A DNA stretch of 64,000 nucleotides from an uncultured Acidobacteriaceae bacterium (GTDB taxonomy: Bacteria; Acidobacteriota; Terriglobia; Bryobacterales; Bryobacteraceae), in NCBI GenBank assembly GCA_963754595.1, contig CAVWGO010000002.1, positions 283,579 to 347,578 on the forward strand, given 5' to 3'. Position 1 is the stretch's first letter; each line of letters starts with the position of its first letter. The notes beneath the pieces are model-generated. The model was given only the letters and a program-made list of their open reading frames with translations. It did not search any database and was not told where the DNA came from. Both the position numbers and the translations under genes were made by a program. Positions 9,520 through 18,700 of the stretch are shown here, in pieces.

Positions 9520-10368
9520 TTGGTATGGAGCGATCTCCCGGACGGTTCCAACGAATTCATCAACCAACGCTGGTTTGATTACACGGGCGTTTCCCGGGAA
9601 GAGGCAAACGGACGAGGATGGAGGATCGCCCTTCATCCGGAAGATCTCGCCGATCTAACGGCGAAGTGGAAAACTCTCAGCGAGCTTGAAACGCTGGGTG
9701 AATTTCAGGCTCGATTCCGTCGCTCGGATGGCCTCTTTCGCTGGTTCCTTTTTCGGATCGAACCGCTTCGGGATGAAGCCGGCAAACTCGTCAGGTGGTG
9801 CTGCTCCGCCACCGATATCGAAGGTCTAAAACGGACCGCGCTATTCCACGATGCTGAAAAGCGCTTGCTGGAGATGATCGCTAACAATGTCGAGCTCTCC
9901 AGAATCCTGAACGATCTCTGTACCGCGATCGAAGCCCGGTCCCCTGGTTCAACTTCGTTTGTCTGCTTGATGGACGCCAACGGCAAGCAACTTCGGCCAT
10001 GTGCCGGACCCCACGTTCCGACTCTTTTTACGTCGGCGATCACCCCGTTTCCGATTGGGCCCAACCGAGGCTCATGCGGCACCGCTGCGTTCACGAAACA
10101 ACGAGTGATCATCCCGGATACTTCGAGCGATGCGAAATGGCCCTGCGATCTTCGAGAGGTGGCATGGAAATGCGGCGTCTGCGCGGCCTGGTCCGAGCCA
10201 CTCATTTCGAAGGACGGAGAGGTTCTCGGAACCTTCTGCGTATCTTACGCGGTGCCACGAAATCCAGACGCTCGGGATATTGAACTGATCGAAGCAGCCG
10301 GGAACATTGCTCGTATTGCCATCGAACGTGAGCGACTACCAGCAAGCTCTGAGAACAGCGCTCGCTGA
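9520..10368 (+). CDS. PAS-GAF sensor module, no ATG start; probably the severed N-terminal part of the downstream sigma-54 activator
   Basis: PAS: DGSNEFINQRWFDYTGVSREEANGRGWRIALHPEDL...FRWFLFRIEPLRDEAGKLVRW. GAF: LLEMIANNVELSRILNDLCTAIE...GSCGTAAF...WSEPLISKDGEVLGTFCVSY. The frame is open back to 9451 (..EYSEDRLQEIIDTIPALVW) with no ATG. Confidence 0.65.
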   Translation: MVWSDLPDGSNEFINQRWFDYTGVSREEANGRGWRIALHPEDLADLTAKWKTLSELETLGEFQARFRRSDGLFRWFLFRIEPLRDEAGKLVRWCCSATDIEGLKRTALFHDAEKRLLEMIANNVELSRILNDLCTAIEARSPGSTSFVCLMDANGKQLRPCAGPHVPTLFTSAITPFPIGPNRGSCGTAAFTKQRVIIPDTSSDAKWPCDLREVAWKCGVCAAWSEPLISKDGEVLGTFCVSYAVPRNPDARDIELIEAAGNIARIAIERERLPASSENSAR

Positions 10369-12136
10369 CGTCCGAGACTCGGAAGCGACGCTCCGGCAAA
10401 CCATCGATACCATTCCGACGCTCGCGTGGTGCAACTTCCCGGATGGCTCGAACGAATTCCTAAACCAACGATGGCATGATTACACCGGTCTTTCTCCACA
10501 AGAAGCGCACGGTTGGGGATGGCAGGCGGCCCTTCACCCCGAAGACTTGCAGCCTTTAATGCTTATATGGCGAAAGCTACTGGATGCAGGGGAACCAGGT
10601 GAGCTCGAAGCGCGGCTGAGGCGCTATGACGGAGAATATCGCTGGTTCTTGTTCCGCGTCGAGCCGTTTCGGGACGAGTTCGGCAGTGTCGTCAAATGGT
10701 ACGGTACAAACACTGATATTGATGACCTGAAACGGGCTCACATAAGACTCTCCCAAGACGAAGAAGAACTTCGCCGCATCCCGGATGCCATTCCGCATGC
10801 GGTCGTAATGATGAATCCCGAGGGCACAAGTCTCTATGCGAATCAAGCTCTGCTTGACTATACGGGCTTGTCGCTAGCGGAAGCTCGATCTTCAGACTTC
10901 CGCTCGCGCGTATTCCATCCCGAAGATATTGAGAGAGTCCGCGAATCCCGAAAGAACTCCCTTGTTCTCGGCGCCCCTTTTGAGAATGAACAACGAGTCT
11001 TAGGAAAAGACGGCAAGTACCGTTGGTTCCTTCACCGTTACAACCCGTTCCATGACGCGGACGGCCGGCTGGTGCGATGGTATACGACAGGTACCGACAT
11101 TGATGATCGCAAGCGATCCGAGGAGCAGATGCGCAACGAAAATGTCGCGTTGCGCGAAGACATAGTCCGGTCTTCCCTTTTTGAGGAGATCGTGGGATCT
11201 TCCGAAGCGCTGCGCCGAGTATTGGTGCAGGTTTCGAAGGTGGCTCCGACAGATTCGACAGTCCTGATCCTGGGTGAAACTGGAACCGGGAAAGAGCTGA
11301 TTGCTCGTGCAATCCACAATCGCTCTAAGCGCTCCAGTCGCGCTTTCATTCGTGTGAACTGCGCAGCAATTTCACCCTCGCTTATCGCTTCGGAGTTATT
11401 CGGACATGAGAAGGGTTCGTTTACCGGAGCGCTTCAGAGGCGGCTGGGGCGTTTTGAATCAGCGGATGCGGGGACACTCTTCCTAGATGAAGTCGGCGAA
11501 CTTCCACTTGAGACACAGGTCGCTCTCCTGCGAGTTCTTCAAGAACGGGAATTTGAACGCGTGGGCGGCAGCCAAACGGTTTCCGTTGATGTGCGAGTCC
11601 TTGCCGCCACCAATCGGGATCTGACGGCGGCGGTCGCTGATAAAACGTTTCGAGAGGATCTCTTCTATCGGCTGAATGTATTCCCGATTCGATTGCCGGC
11701 CCTTCGTGAACGTGTTGAGGACGTGCCCTTACTCGTCGAATACCTGGTCGATCGTTACGCTCAAAAAGCCGGCAAACGAATCCGCAATATCAGCAAGGAC
11801 ACTTTGATTCTCTTCCAGACTTACGGCTGGCCAGGTAATATTCGTGAGTTGCAGAATGTCATCGAACGGGCTGTCATCCTGTGCGAGGCTGACACTTTTA
11901 GAGTAGATCCGGCTTGGCTTTCAGGAACTGCTGCCAAGACACCGCGTTCAAGCGCACCTCTCTTCTCTGATCTTGCCGGGCGTGAAAAGGAAATGATTGA
12001 GGATGCGTTGCGCGAGACTATGGGCCAGGTTTCTGGTCCAACAGGCGCTGCTCGAAAGCTGGGTATTGCAAGGCAGACCCTGGAATCCAAAATAAAAAAG
12101 TTGGGAATTGACCGGCAGAGCTTTAAGACCAACTGA
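10307..12136 (+). CDS. sigma-54-dependent transcriptional activator (PAS-PAS-AAA+-Fis HTH)
   Basis: Two PAS domains. AAA+ core: VLILGETGTGKELIARAIH, GAFTGA-like GSFTGA, ESADAGTLFLDEVGEL, REDLFYRLNVFPIRLPALRER, WPGNIRELQN. C-terminal HTH: AARKLGIARQTLESKIKKLGI. The ORF only has a TTG or GTG start and overlaps the previous ORF. Confidence 0.9.
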   Translation: MLVLPSNVSDYQQALRTALADVRDSEATLRQTIDTIPTLAWCNFPDGSNEFLNQRWHDYTGLSPQEAHGWGWQAALHPEDLQPLMLIWRKLLDAGEPGELEARLRRYDGEYRWFLFRVEPFRDEFGSVVKWYGTNTDIDDLKRAHIRLSQDEEELRRIPDAIPHAVVMMNPEGTSLYANQALLDYTGLSLAEARSSDFRSRVFHPEDIERVRESRKNSLVLGAPFENEQRVLGKDGKYRWFLHRYNPFHDADGRLVRWYTTGTDIDDRKRSEEQMRNENVALREDIVRSSLFEEIVGSSEALRRVLVQVSKVAPTDSTVLILGETGTGKELIARAIHNRSKRSSRAFIRVNCAAISPSLIASELFGHEKGSFTGALQRRLGRFESADAGTLFLDEVGELPLETQVALLRVLQEREFERVGGSQTVSVDVRVLAATNRDLTAAVADKTFREDLFYRLNVFPIRLPALRERVEDVPLLVEYLVDRYAQKAGKRIRNISKDTLILFQTYGWPGNIRELQNVIERAVILCEADTFRVDPAWLSGTAAKTPRSSAPLFSDLAGREKEMIEDALRETMGQVSGPTGAARKLGIARQTLESKIKKLGIDRQSFKTN

Positions 12137-12242
12137 GCTCTACAGGTTGGGGCAAGTGCCTGGTGGTTCCAACACTTTCCTCGTTCGCTTTTCCGCTCTT
12201 TCCGTGAATCAGTTCTCTTTTCGCATCAGACGCCGAGAGTGC

Positions 12243-12270
12243 ATGCCGAAAATCGCGGCAATGCCGAAAA
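12243..12270 (+). promoter_or_regulatory. candidate enhancer (UAS) for the adjacent sigma-54 activator
   Basis: ATGCCGAAAA occurs twice, 18 nt apart (12243-12252 and 12261-12270). The first copy is part of the inverted repeat TGCCG-N7-CGGCA (12244-12260). The site lies about 60-80 bp upstream of the -24 element. Confidence 0.35.
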
Positions 12271-12320
12271 CGTAGCGACTATTCCACCACCAGGGCTGTT
12301 TATTGTCTATGACTTGCGAA

Positions 12321-12336
12321 TGGTCCCTCTATTGCA
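12321..12336 (+). promoter_or_regulatory. sigma-54 (-24/-12) promoter
   Basis: TGGTCCCTCTATTGCA matches TGG-N9-TTGCA with exact GG-to-GC spacing. It is 37 nt upstream of the ATG at 12373 and 185 nt downstream of the sigma-54 activator gene. Confidence 0.5.
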
Positions 12337-12372
12337 TCTCAGTTATTGCGTGCAAAGCGAGGCCAGTCGTAA

Positions 12373-12666
12373 ATGACACTCAGGATCGAGAAAGTTCCTG
12401 ACGGGCCAACTACGATGATCCGACTGATTGGCCGAATACGAGCTGAGCTCTTGGAAGAGCTAAACGCGCAGATCAAAGGATCGGCAACGGCAGTTGTACT
12501 GGATCTCGAGGAAGTCAGTCTGGTGGATGTCGATGTGGTTCGATTCCTCGGAGCGTGTCAGGCCGAAGGGATCACGCTCGTTCATGGCTCGCCCTACATA
12601 AACGACTGGATTGCACAGGAACGGTTCAGGGCCCCGCATGAATCCGAATCTGAATCTCCGCGCTAG
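12373..12666 (+). CDS. STAS-domain protein (anti-sigma-factor-antagonist-like)
   Basis: 97 aa. IRLIGRIRAELLEELNAQIKGSATAVVLDLEEVSLVDVDVVRFLGACQAEGITLV fits the STAS fold pattern. Confidence 0.7.
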   Translation: MTLRIEKVPDGPTTMIRLIGRIRAELLEELNAQIKGSATAVVLDLEEVSLVDVDVVRFLGACQAEGITLVHGSPYINDWIAQERFRAPHESESESPR

Positions 12667-12724
12667 TGCATCGCGCAGAGCAACCGCCCGAACTTGCCTA
12701 TCCATTTACACGAAGGAGAGAAAG

Positions 12725-13012
12725 ATGAGCGCTTACATGGTGTTTACGAGAGAAAAGACATTGGACGCAGGCGAATTAGCCATATACCAACGGGAAGTCG
12801 GTCCCACTCACGACGCTTTCGAGTTCAAAATACTGGTCGCGTTTGGACGGCAGGAAGTGCTTGAGGGCGAGCCGATCGAGGGTGTTGTCATTGTCGAGTT
12901 CCCAACGATGGCAGCGGCTAAAGCATGGTACGACAGCCCAGCCTACCGCGAAGCGCGCGAGCACCGATTTAAAGGTGCTGAGACTCGATGCGTGCTTGTT
13001 CAGGGCGCATAG
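12725..13012 (+). CDS. DUF1330-domain protein
   Basis: MSAYMVFTREKTLDAGELAIYQREV...VVIVEFPTMAAAKAWYDSPAYREAREHRFKGAETRCVLVQG. AAGGAGAG RBS before the ATG at 12725. Confidence 0.8.
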   Translation: MSAYMVFTREKTLDAGELAIYQREVGPTHDAFEFKILVAFGRQEVLEGEPIEGVVIVEFPTMAAAKAWYDSPAYREAREHRFKGAETRCVLVQGA

Positions 13013-13083
13013 AGATGTCGCGATAACGCGCAGTGCGCCCACAAATGCCAAACAACCCAAGGTCGTTCTTAAGGAGAACACAC

Positions 13084-13863
13084 ATGAACATTTCGAGACT
13101 GTTGCACCATGCCCTATTCGGGGCGGCTAGCTTACTTCCGCTTACCGGAGTCGCCACGGCGGCGTCGGGTCAAACTGCGGCTGAAACTGTCATCTTGGTC
13201 CACGGCGCATGGGCTGATGCATCCAGTTGGTCGAAGGTGATCCCGCGACTCACCGCTGCACACCTAAACGTCGTTGCAGTAAATCTGCCATTGACTTCCC
13301 TGAGCGATGACGTCGCTGCCACGGAACGAGCGATCGCGCTAGCGAACGGCCCAGTCCTACTCGTCGGTCATTCCTACGGCGGAGCGGTAATCACGGAAGC
13401 TGGCAACAATCCGAAAGTTCTTGGCCTCGTTTTTGTGGCCGCCTATGCACCGGACGAGGGAGAGTCATCCTTGTCGCTCGCGACAGCAAACCCCACGCCA
13501 ATCGGTCTCGAGATCAGACCTGACACTAACGGCTTCTTAAAGTTGACGGCGACTGGGATTGCAGAGGACTTTGGCCAGGATTTGTCAGACCTCGAGAAGA
13601 TACTCCTAACTGCCACCCAAGGACCCACGGCCGGCGGCGCCCTAGGCGAGCCTGCAACGAAACCATCGTGGAAGAGCAAACCGACCTGGTTTGTGATTGC
13701 AGCCCACGATCGCACAGTTTCGCCGGAGCTTGAGGCAAACGAAGCAACAAGGATGAACGCGACCACAATCACTGTGCAGACAAGCCATCTAGCAATGCTT
13801 GCTGCTCCCGAGAGAGTTGCCGATCTTATACGACTTGCGGCCGAGAAAGTGGACATGAGATAA
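13084..13863 (+). CDS. secreted alpha/beta-fold hydrolase
   Basis: Signal peptide MNISRLLHHALFGAASLLPLTGVATAASG. VILVHGAWADASSW. Nucleophile elbow LVGHSYGG. AAGGAG RBS. Confidence 0.85.
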   Translation: MNISRLLHHALFGAASLLPLTGVATAASGQTAAETVILVHGAWADASSWSKVIPRLTAAHLNVVAVNLPLTSLSDDVAATERAIALANGPVLLVGHSYGGAVITEAGNNPKVLGLVFVAAYAPDEGESSLSLATANPTPIGLEIRPDTNGFLKLTATGIAEDFGQDLSDLEKILLTATQGPTAGGALGEPATKPSWKSKPTWFVIAAHDRTVSPELEANEATRMNATTITVQTSHLAMLAAPERVADLIRLAAEKVDMR

Positions 13864-13915
13864 AAGCGCAGTCGACGGTGATCTTCAGGACTTACCGAAG
13901 GGAGGGTTTCGTGCG

Positions 13916-15223
13916 ATGAAGTTTCTCAGAAGCCATCAAGAAGATGCAATTGGCAGGCGGGACACCAACAGCGTGAGCGAATGTCTCGACGAAATATTCG
14001 TCGCAGCGATTCTCCTCACTGGAAGTTGCACTCGTGCAGAGCACTCAGTCGTGAAAGCGATCGGAACGGCGATACCGTGTCCCGGATTAATGTCGGCAGT
14101 CCTTGAGGAAGCAATCAGAATTGCGGTCGAGCCAGAAATAATTGACGGCGAGGAACGAACTTGCGAGCCGGAGACACCTGTATCATGGCTGCCGCCCGAA
14201 CTGAGACGAGTGATGCGTCTGTCACAACCTGATCGGCAGGCGTTCGTTCTACGTCTGCTCCTCGGTCTTCCCCGCGACCAATGTTCGCAATTGCTTCAGA
14301 TCGAAGGCGGCGAACTCGATGAGCGTATCGTGTCTGCGGTCTTGGCGTTAGCCAGTATCGAAAATCAAGCATACGACTGCGAAGGTCAGCACGAAGCCGT
14401 GAATGGGGACCGCAACTTGAGGGTCCCTGAATGGATGAATTTCACAAACAACTGGGAATGCGAAAGAGGAATAGATATGGGAAAGCTTACGAACAAAGTA
14501 GCAGTGGTAACGGGCGGATCAAAGGGGATCGGAGCTGCCTCAGCGAAGCGGCTAGCGGCAGAAGGCGCTTCGGTGGTGGTGAACTACCACAGCGATAAGA
14601 CGAGCGCTGACAAGACAGTTTCAGAGATCGTGGCGGCCGGCGGTACAGCGATGGCCATCGGAGCTGATGTTTCCAACGAAAAGGAGATCACCGAATTGTT
14701 CGCTCAAACAAAAGCGACTTACGGGAAGCTGGACATTCTTGTAAACAACGCCGGTGTCTACGCTTTCGGTCCGCTCGAGGACGTCACAGCCGAGAAGTAC
14801 CATCACGAGCACAATCTCAACGTACTGGGGTTGCTCTTGACGACGAAGGCAGCACTCCCGCTGTTTCCGGCTGAGGGCGGCAGCATCGTAAATATCGGCT
14901 CGCGAGTAAACACCGTTGCACCCGCCAATTCAGTGATCTCTTCAGCCAGCAAGGCTGCCGTGGACGCGATCACAAAGGTTTTATGCAAGGAACTCGGACC
15001 ACGGAAGATTCGTGTCAACTCGCTGAATCCAGGTGTCATCACCACGGAAGGATTTGTCGCAGCCGGTCTCGCCGATAGTCCGATGCAAAAGCACTATGTC
15101 GAGCTCACACCGCTCGGCCGCATGGGAGAACCGGATGACGTGGCGCTCCCTGTCGTTTTCCTGGCTTCCGACGACTCACGCTGGATTAGCGGAGAGTTGA
15201 TCCTCGTCGCAGGCGGGGAGTAA
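13916..15223 (+). CDS. SDR-family oxidoreductase (residues from 14477) read in frame with an upstream ECF-sigma-like ORF with no stop codon between them
   Basis: Each part has its own RBS and start: GGGAGGG before ATG 13916, and AGAGGAA before ATG 14477. N-part: IFVAAILLTGSCTRAEHSVVKAI and LPPELRRVMRLSQPDRQAFVLRLLLGLPRDQCSQLLQIEGGELDERI (sigma-70 region 2/4-like). C-part: KVAVVTGGSKGIGAA, NNAG, SASKAAV (classical SDR). Confidence 0.7.
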   Translation: MKFLRSHQEDAIGRRDTNSVSECLDEIFVAAILLTGSCTRAEHSVVKAIGTAIPCPGLMSAVLEEAIRIAVEPEIIDGEERTCEPETPVSWLPPELRRVMRLSQPDRQAFVLRLLLGLPRDQCSQLLQIEGGELDERIVSAVLALASIENQAYDCEGQHEAVNGDRNLRVPEWMNFTNNWECERGIDMGKLTNKVAVVTGGSKGIGAASAKRLAAEGASVVVNYHSDKTSADKTVSEIVAAGGTAMAIGADVSNEKEITELFAQTKATYGKLDILVNNAGVYAFGPLEDVTAEKYHHEHNLNVLGLLLTTKAALPLFPAEGGSIVNIGSRVNTVAPANSVISSASKAAVDAITKVLCKELGPRKIRVNSLNPGVITTEGFVAAGLADSPMQKHYVELTPLGRMGEPDDVALPVVFLASDDSRWISGELILVAGGE

Positions 15224-15298
15224 CTCCGGAGCGAGTTGAATCCTCTCAGCGGCCCTTACATCCCGAAACATTCTACAGACAGACCCTAAAGGAGCAAT

Positions 15299-15979
15299 AT
15301 GATTACAGCAGTTTATGAACAGAAACAAACCGCGCTACTCGTCGTGGATCCCTATAACGACTTCATGAGCGAGGGCGGAAAACTCTATAACGTTACGAAA
15401 CCGACAGCCGATGCCGTCGGGTTCTATGCAAATATGCGCAAGTTAATTCCAGCGATCCGTGTTGCTGGAATCCAGGTGTTCATTGTTCCGCATCACCGCA
15501 CACGCCCCACGGATTTCGATAACTGGCTGCACGTGAATCCGACACAAGAGGACACCAAGCGCAAATCGTGCTTCGAAGACGGCGCTTGGGGCGGCGAATT
15601 TCATCCTGAGTTCGGACCCAAGCCGGGCGACGTCATTGTTCTAGAGCATTGGGCCCAGAACGGATTCGCCAACACTGATCTCGATGCCCAACTCAAACAG
15701 CACGGCATTCAAAATATAGTTCTGGTAGGCTTCATCGCGAACTCGTGTGTCGAGGCGACTGCACGTTTCGGCATGGAACTGGGTTATCACGTCACGTTGG
15801 TAAAGGACGCGACCGCTGCCTTCAACCCGGAGGGAATGATAGCCGCGCGGGTGAACGCCAAACTGTTCGCTCATGCAGAAGTAACTACTGATGAGTTGCT
15901 GAAGCTGCTGCCTGAGCCGACGCAAATGCCAGCTAAAGAGCAGAGCAAAGACGCACTCGTCACCGCTCACAGCAATTGA
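15299..15979 (+). CDS. isochorismatase-family cysteine hydrolase
   Basis: ALLVVDPYNDF, VLVGFIANSCVEATARFGMELGYHVTLVKDATAA. Confidence 0.9.
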   Translation: MITAVYEQKQTALLVVDPYNDFMSEGGKLYNVTKPTADAVGFYANMRKLIPAIRVAGIQVFIVPHHRTRPTDFDNWLHVNPTQEDTKRKSCFEDGAWGGEFHPEFGPKPGDVIVLEHWAQNGFANTDLDAQLKQHGIQNIVLVGFIANSCVEATARFGMELGYHVTLVKDATAAFNPEGMIAARVNAKLFAHAEVTTDELLKLLPEPTQMPAKEQSKDALVTAHSN

Positions 15980-15997
15980 GAACGGAACGAAACCGTC

Positions 15998-16627
15998 ATG
16001 CCTACTCTATTAAAAGTGGACGTGAGCCCCCGAGGCCCACAGTCTATCTCGCGGAAGCTGAGTGCATTGTTCCTGGAACAATGGCAACAGATTCACCCTG
16101 AGCAAATGGTTATTGAGCGCGACATCGCCACGACCGAACTTCCGTTCATGGAGCTTCCCTGGATCGCAGCGAATGGCAGCAAGTCTTCAACCCGGACCAC
16201 TGAGCAAGCAGCACTTCTCAAACTCAGCGATCGCCTTATCGGCGAACTCCAGGAGGCAGATCACTACTTGATAGCAACACCGATGTACAACTACGGGATC
16301 CCGGCCAAGCTCAAAGCCTACGTCGACCATGTCGTTCGCGCAGGTATCACTTTCAAGATGAATCCCGACGGCAGCTACACAGGGCTTCTGGTCGGCAAGA
16401 GTGCGACGGTCATCATTGCGAGCGCTGGCGACTACTTACCAGGGGCGCCCACCGAAGCACTCGACACGCTGAAGCCGTACCTCCGCGAGATTCTCAGTTT
16501 CATTGGAGTGACGGACGTGACTTTCATTCAATCGGATTCAACCTGGAAGGTGGACAGTGGGTCCGAGACTCCAGATGCCCACATCGCGCCCTTGCGGAAT
16601 CAGGTTGAGCTAGCAGCGAGGGCGTAA
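15998..16627 (+). CDS. azoR: FMN-dependent NADH-azoreductase / quinone reductase
   Basis: MPTLLKVDVSPRG..SISRKL, ADHYLIATPMYNYGIPAKLKAYVDHVVRAGITFK. Confidence 0.85.
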   Translation: MPTLLKVDVSPRGPQSISRKLSALFLEQWQQIHPEQMVIERDIATTELPFMELPWIAANGSKSSTRTTEQAALLKLSDRLIGELQEADHYLIATPMYNYGIPAKLKAYVDHVVRAGITFKMNPDGSYTGLLVGKSATVIIASAGDYLPGAPTEALDTLKPYLREILSFIGVTDVTFIQSDSTWKVDSGSETPDAHIAPLRNQVELAARA

Positions 16628-16770
16628 GTCAAGCCTCGGAAGCGGCGATCCCGTTTCGGCCCGCTTAGGGCGGACGGCGGCAACCCCGCTTCGCGAGCAC
16701 TCGCATACTACTGCTTTTGCGGCACTCTCAAGCGGTGTAGGATCACACGAATCAAATTAGGAGAATCGAA

Positions 16771-17310
16771 ATGAACGAAACAGTTATCACAGAATCGTCC
16801 GCCAGCGCCATCATTAATGCCCCTATCGAGCTGGTCGATATCGCTGATTGGGTGTTTACGCTTCCCGATGCTGAATACCAAAGGTGTTCACCCGCGCACA
16901 TCGCTGCGGGGTTCACTACCAGCGACGAGGGCAGGCGCATGTCGCTGAATGTCGAGACGATTGGTGGCAATTTGATGGTGCAGCATTACGTCGAAGACAT
17001 AGCCGATAAGCATCATGTCCGTTTGCTTTCGACCTCTGACGTGATTGGGCCTTCGGGACGCACGAAATCCGGAGTAGTTTGGGAACTCACGGTAAGAGCA
17101 CTGGACGCTCAGAGTTGTGAGTTAACCAATCATGTGATCGGCAAGACAACGCCGGAGTATTGGGAACATCTCGGCAAGAGCGGGGTGCCATTTGACGTCG
17201 CACGCCAAGCGCAGGACATTGCATCGGCAGCCCACAATGCGCAAGAAACTCCGCTCTTCGCGAAAAGCATGGAAGCAAAGGCCTTGCGGAGAAGGTCGGA
17301 GGCTAGTTAA
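16771..17310 (+). CDS. SRPBCC (START/polyketide-cyclase-like) family protein
   Basis: 179 aa. The N-terminus SASAIINAPIELVDIADWVF is typical of the SRPBCC fold. GGAG RBS. Family call is tentative. Confidence 0.5.
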   Translation: MNETVITESSASAIINAPIELVDIADWVFTLPDAEYQRCSPAHIAAGFTTSDEGRRMSLNVETIGGNLMVQHYVEDIADKHHVRLLSTSDVIGPSGRTKSGVVWELTVRALDAQSCELTNHVIGKTTPEYWEHLGKSGVPFDVARQAQDIASAAHNAQETPLFAKSMEAKALRRRSEAS

Positions 17311-17788
17311 CGGGATCAGCATTTCGCGAGACGCGTGGCCGGAACAAGGGAAACTTTATGGTCCAAATCTTGAAGCGGCCTTATGACGGGCTGGGCGGTT
17401 CACGACATCGCGTCCTTCGGCCACTCTTTTCGGAAGGCGGTCAGATCCTTACATGCCGGTATGGTCTTACCTAAGACTCAGTATTCACGCAGCGTAAAAG
17501 AAAACTCGCTGATCAACGTCGCCGTGAGTTGCAGATACTGGTCCGTCACACACGCCCTTCGTGAATGAGATCGTGAGCACTTACTCCCTCTTTAAGTTCG
17601 GCGAATCCCGCAGCTTTCGTAAGAACTCATTCTGCTCTATGCCAACGATATTCACTCGACCGTACTCCTGCTGGAACCAGCTAGTGGACCGGCGAAATAT
17701 GCGGAAAAAGCTCTTCGGATTGTAAAACCTACCGCGATATAGCTAACCGGCGGCTCTGCGTCCGTAGTTCAGGCACAGCAGCTGCTTC

Positions 17789-18409
17789 TCAAACTGGAGC
17801 GTAGGGATCGCCTGCGTTCCGATCCACATCATCAGGCTCGAGAGCATACCGCAGGGCCAAGTCGCCGAACGCCTCGCAGATGTGCAGCAGCGAATGCCCG
17901 CTCCCGCGAATACTCAAAACGACCATGGCTCTGACACATTCGTCAATAAGCGCTGCAATTAAGCTAGCGTTCTCGGTCGCTGACCACTCCGCTGTCCGGA
18001 GAGCTTGTCCCAGCAGCGTTGTACCAATTCCCGGAGGGTCGCGCTGGCGTACGGCGAGTGCACGTTGGTTGTCCAGCGGCCCCGCCTGTCGTTTCCGGTG
18101 AGGTCGACCACGTGTAGTCTGGGATAGCCGGCAATGTTCGATCGCACGAAGAACCTTCAGGTGCTGCCAAGTTAGCCGGCGACTGCTCTTGTCCATAAAC
18201 TCTCTACCTGCTGCGTGGAAGATATCGACCACGTCGAGGGGTTGCCTATTCACTTCTTCTGCCGCTCTCCTCGAGCGCTTCGCGTCATCGGGCCGCGATA
18301 GGTCCAGCGCCTCCAGCGGACTTGCGACAGCTTGTAAGTGACGGCGCGATTCTGCGTTCGGCGGCTCCACGGCCCGCCTATGCAGCGCTGGAAGAGATTT
18401 GGTACACAT
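17789..18409 (-). mobile_element. IS91-family (Y2) transposase relic, N-terminal fragment, frame-broken
   Basis: LDVVDIFHAAGREFMDKSSRRLTWQHLKVLRAIEHCR resembles the start of the IS91 zinc-binding domain (DIFR..G..Y......Q.rVm.AIe.CRT). The cysteine-rich continuation is lost or scattered over other frames. Confidence 0.4.
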
Positions 18410-18661
18410 AGCGGCCCCAGCTTAGGTCGCATTGGAGTGCTCCGGTAAGCACTCAGGAGCGCCTACGAATAGCCGCATTGCATCAAGCCCAAGCCAGCAT
18501 CCGGCGTTAGACGAATGAAAAGCTTGTCGCCGTTCGCCTGATCACTCCTACGAAGGATGGCGAGCCTCTTCCAATAACAGCGAGGGTCAAAGAGCCCGCG
18601 CTAGCGGATGTGCCGGTCACATTCGAGAAAATCCGCCCGCAGTTCGCACTCCTAAATCGAT

Positions 18662-18700
18662 CCCGGTTTCGCCTAGATGGCGAGGTCGGGATTTTTTATT
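18662..18700 (+). terminator. strong intrinsic terminator, plus strand only
   Basis: CCCGGTTTCGCC-tagat-GGCGAGGTCGGG forms a 12-bp RNA stem (3 G-U pairs, which become A-C mismatches on the other strand). It is followed by ATTTTTTATTT. Confidence 0.7.
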
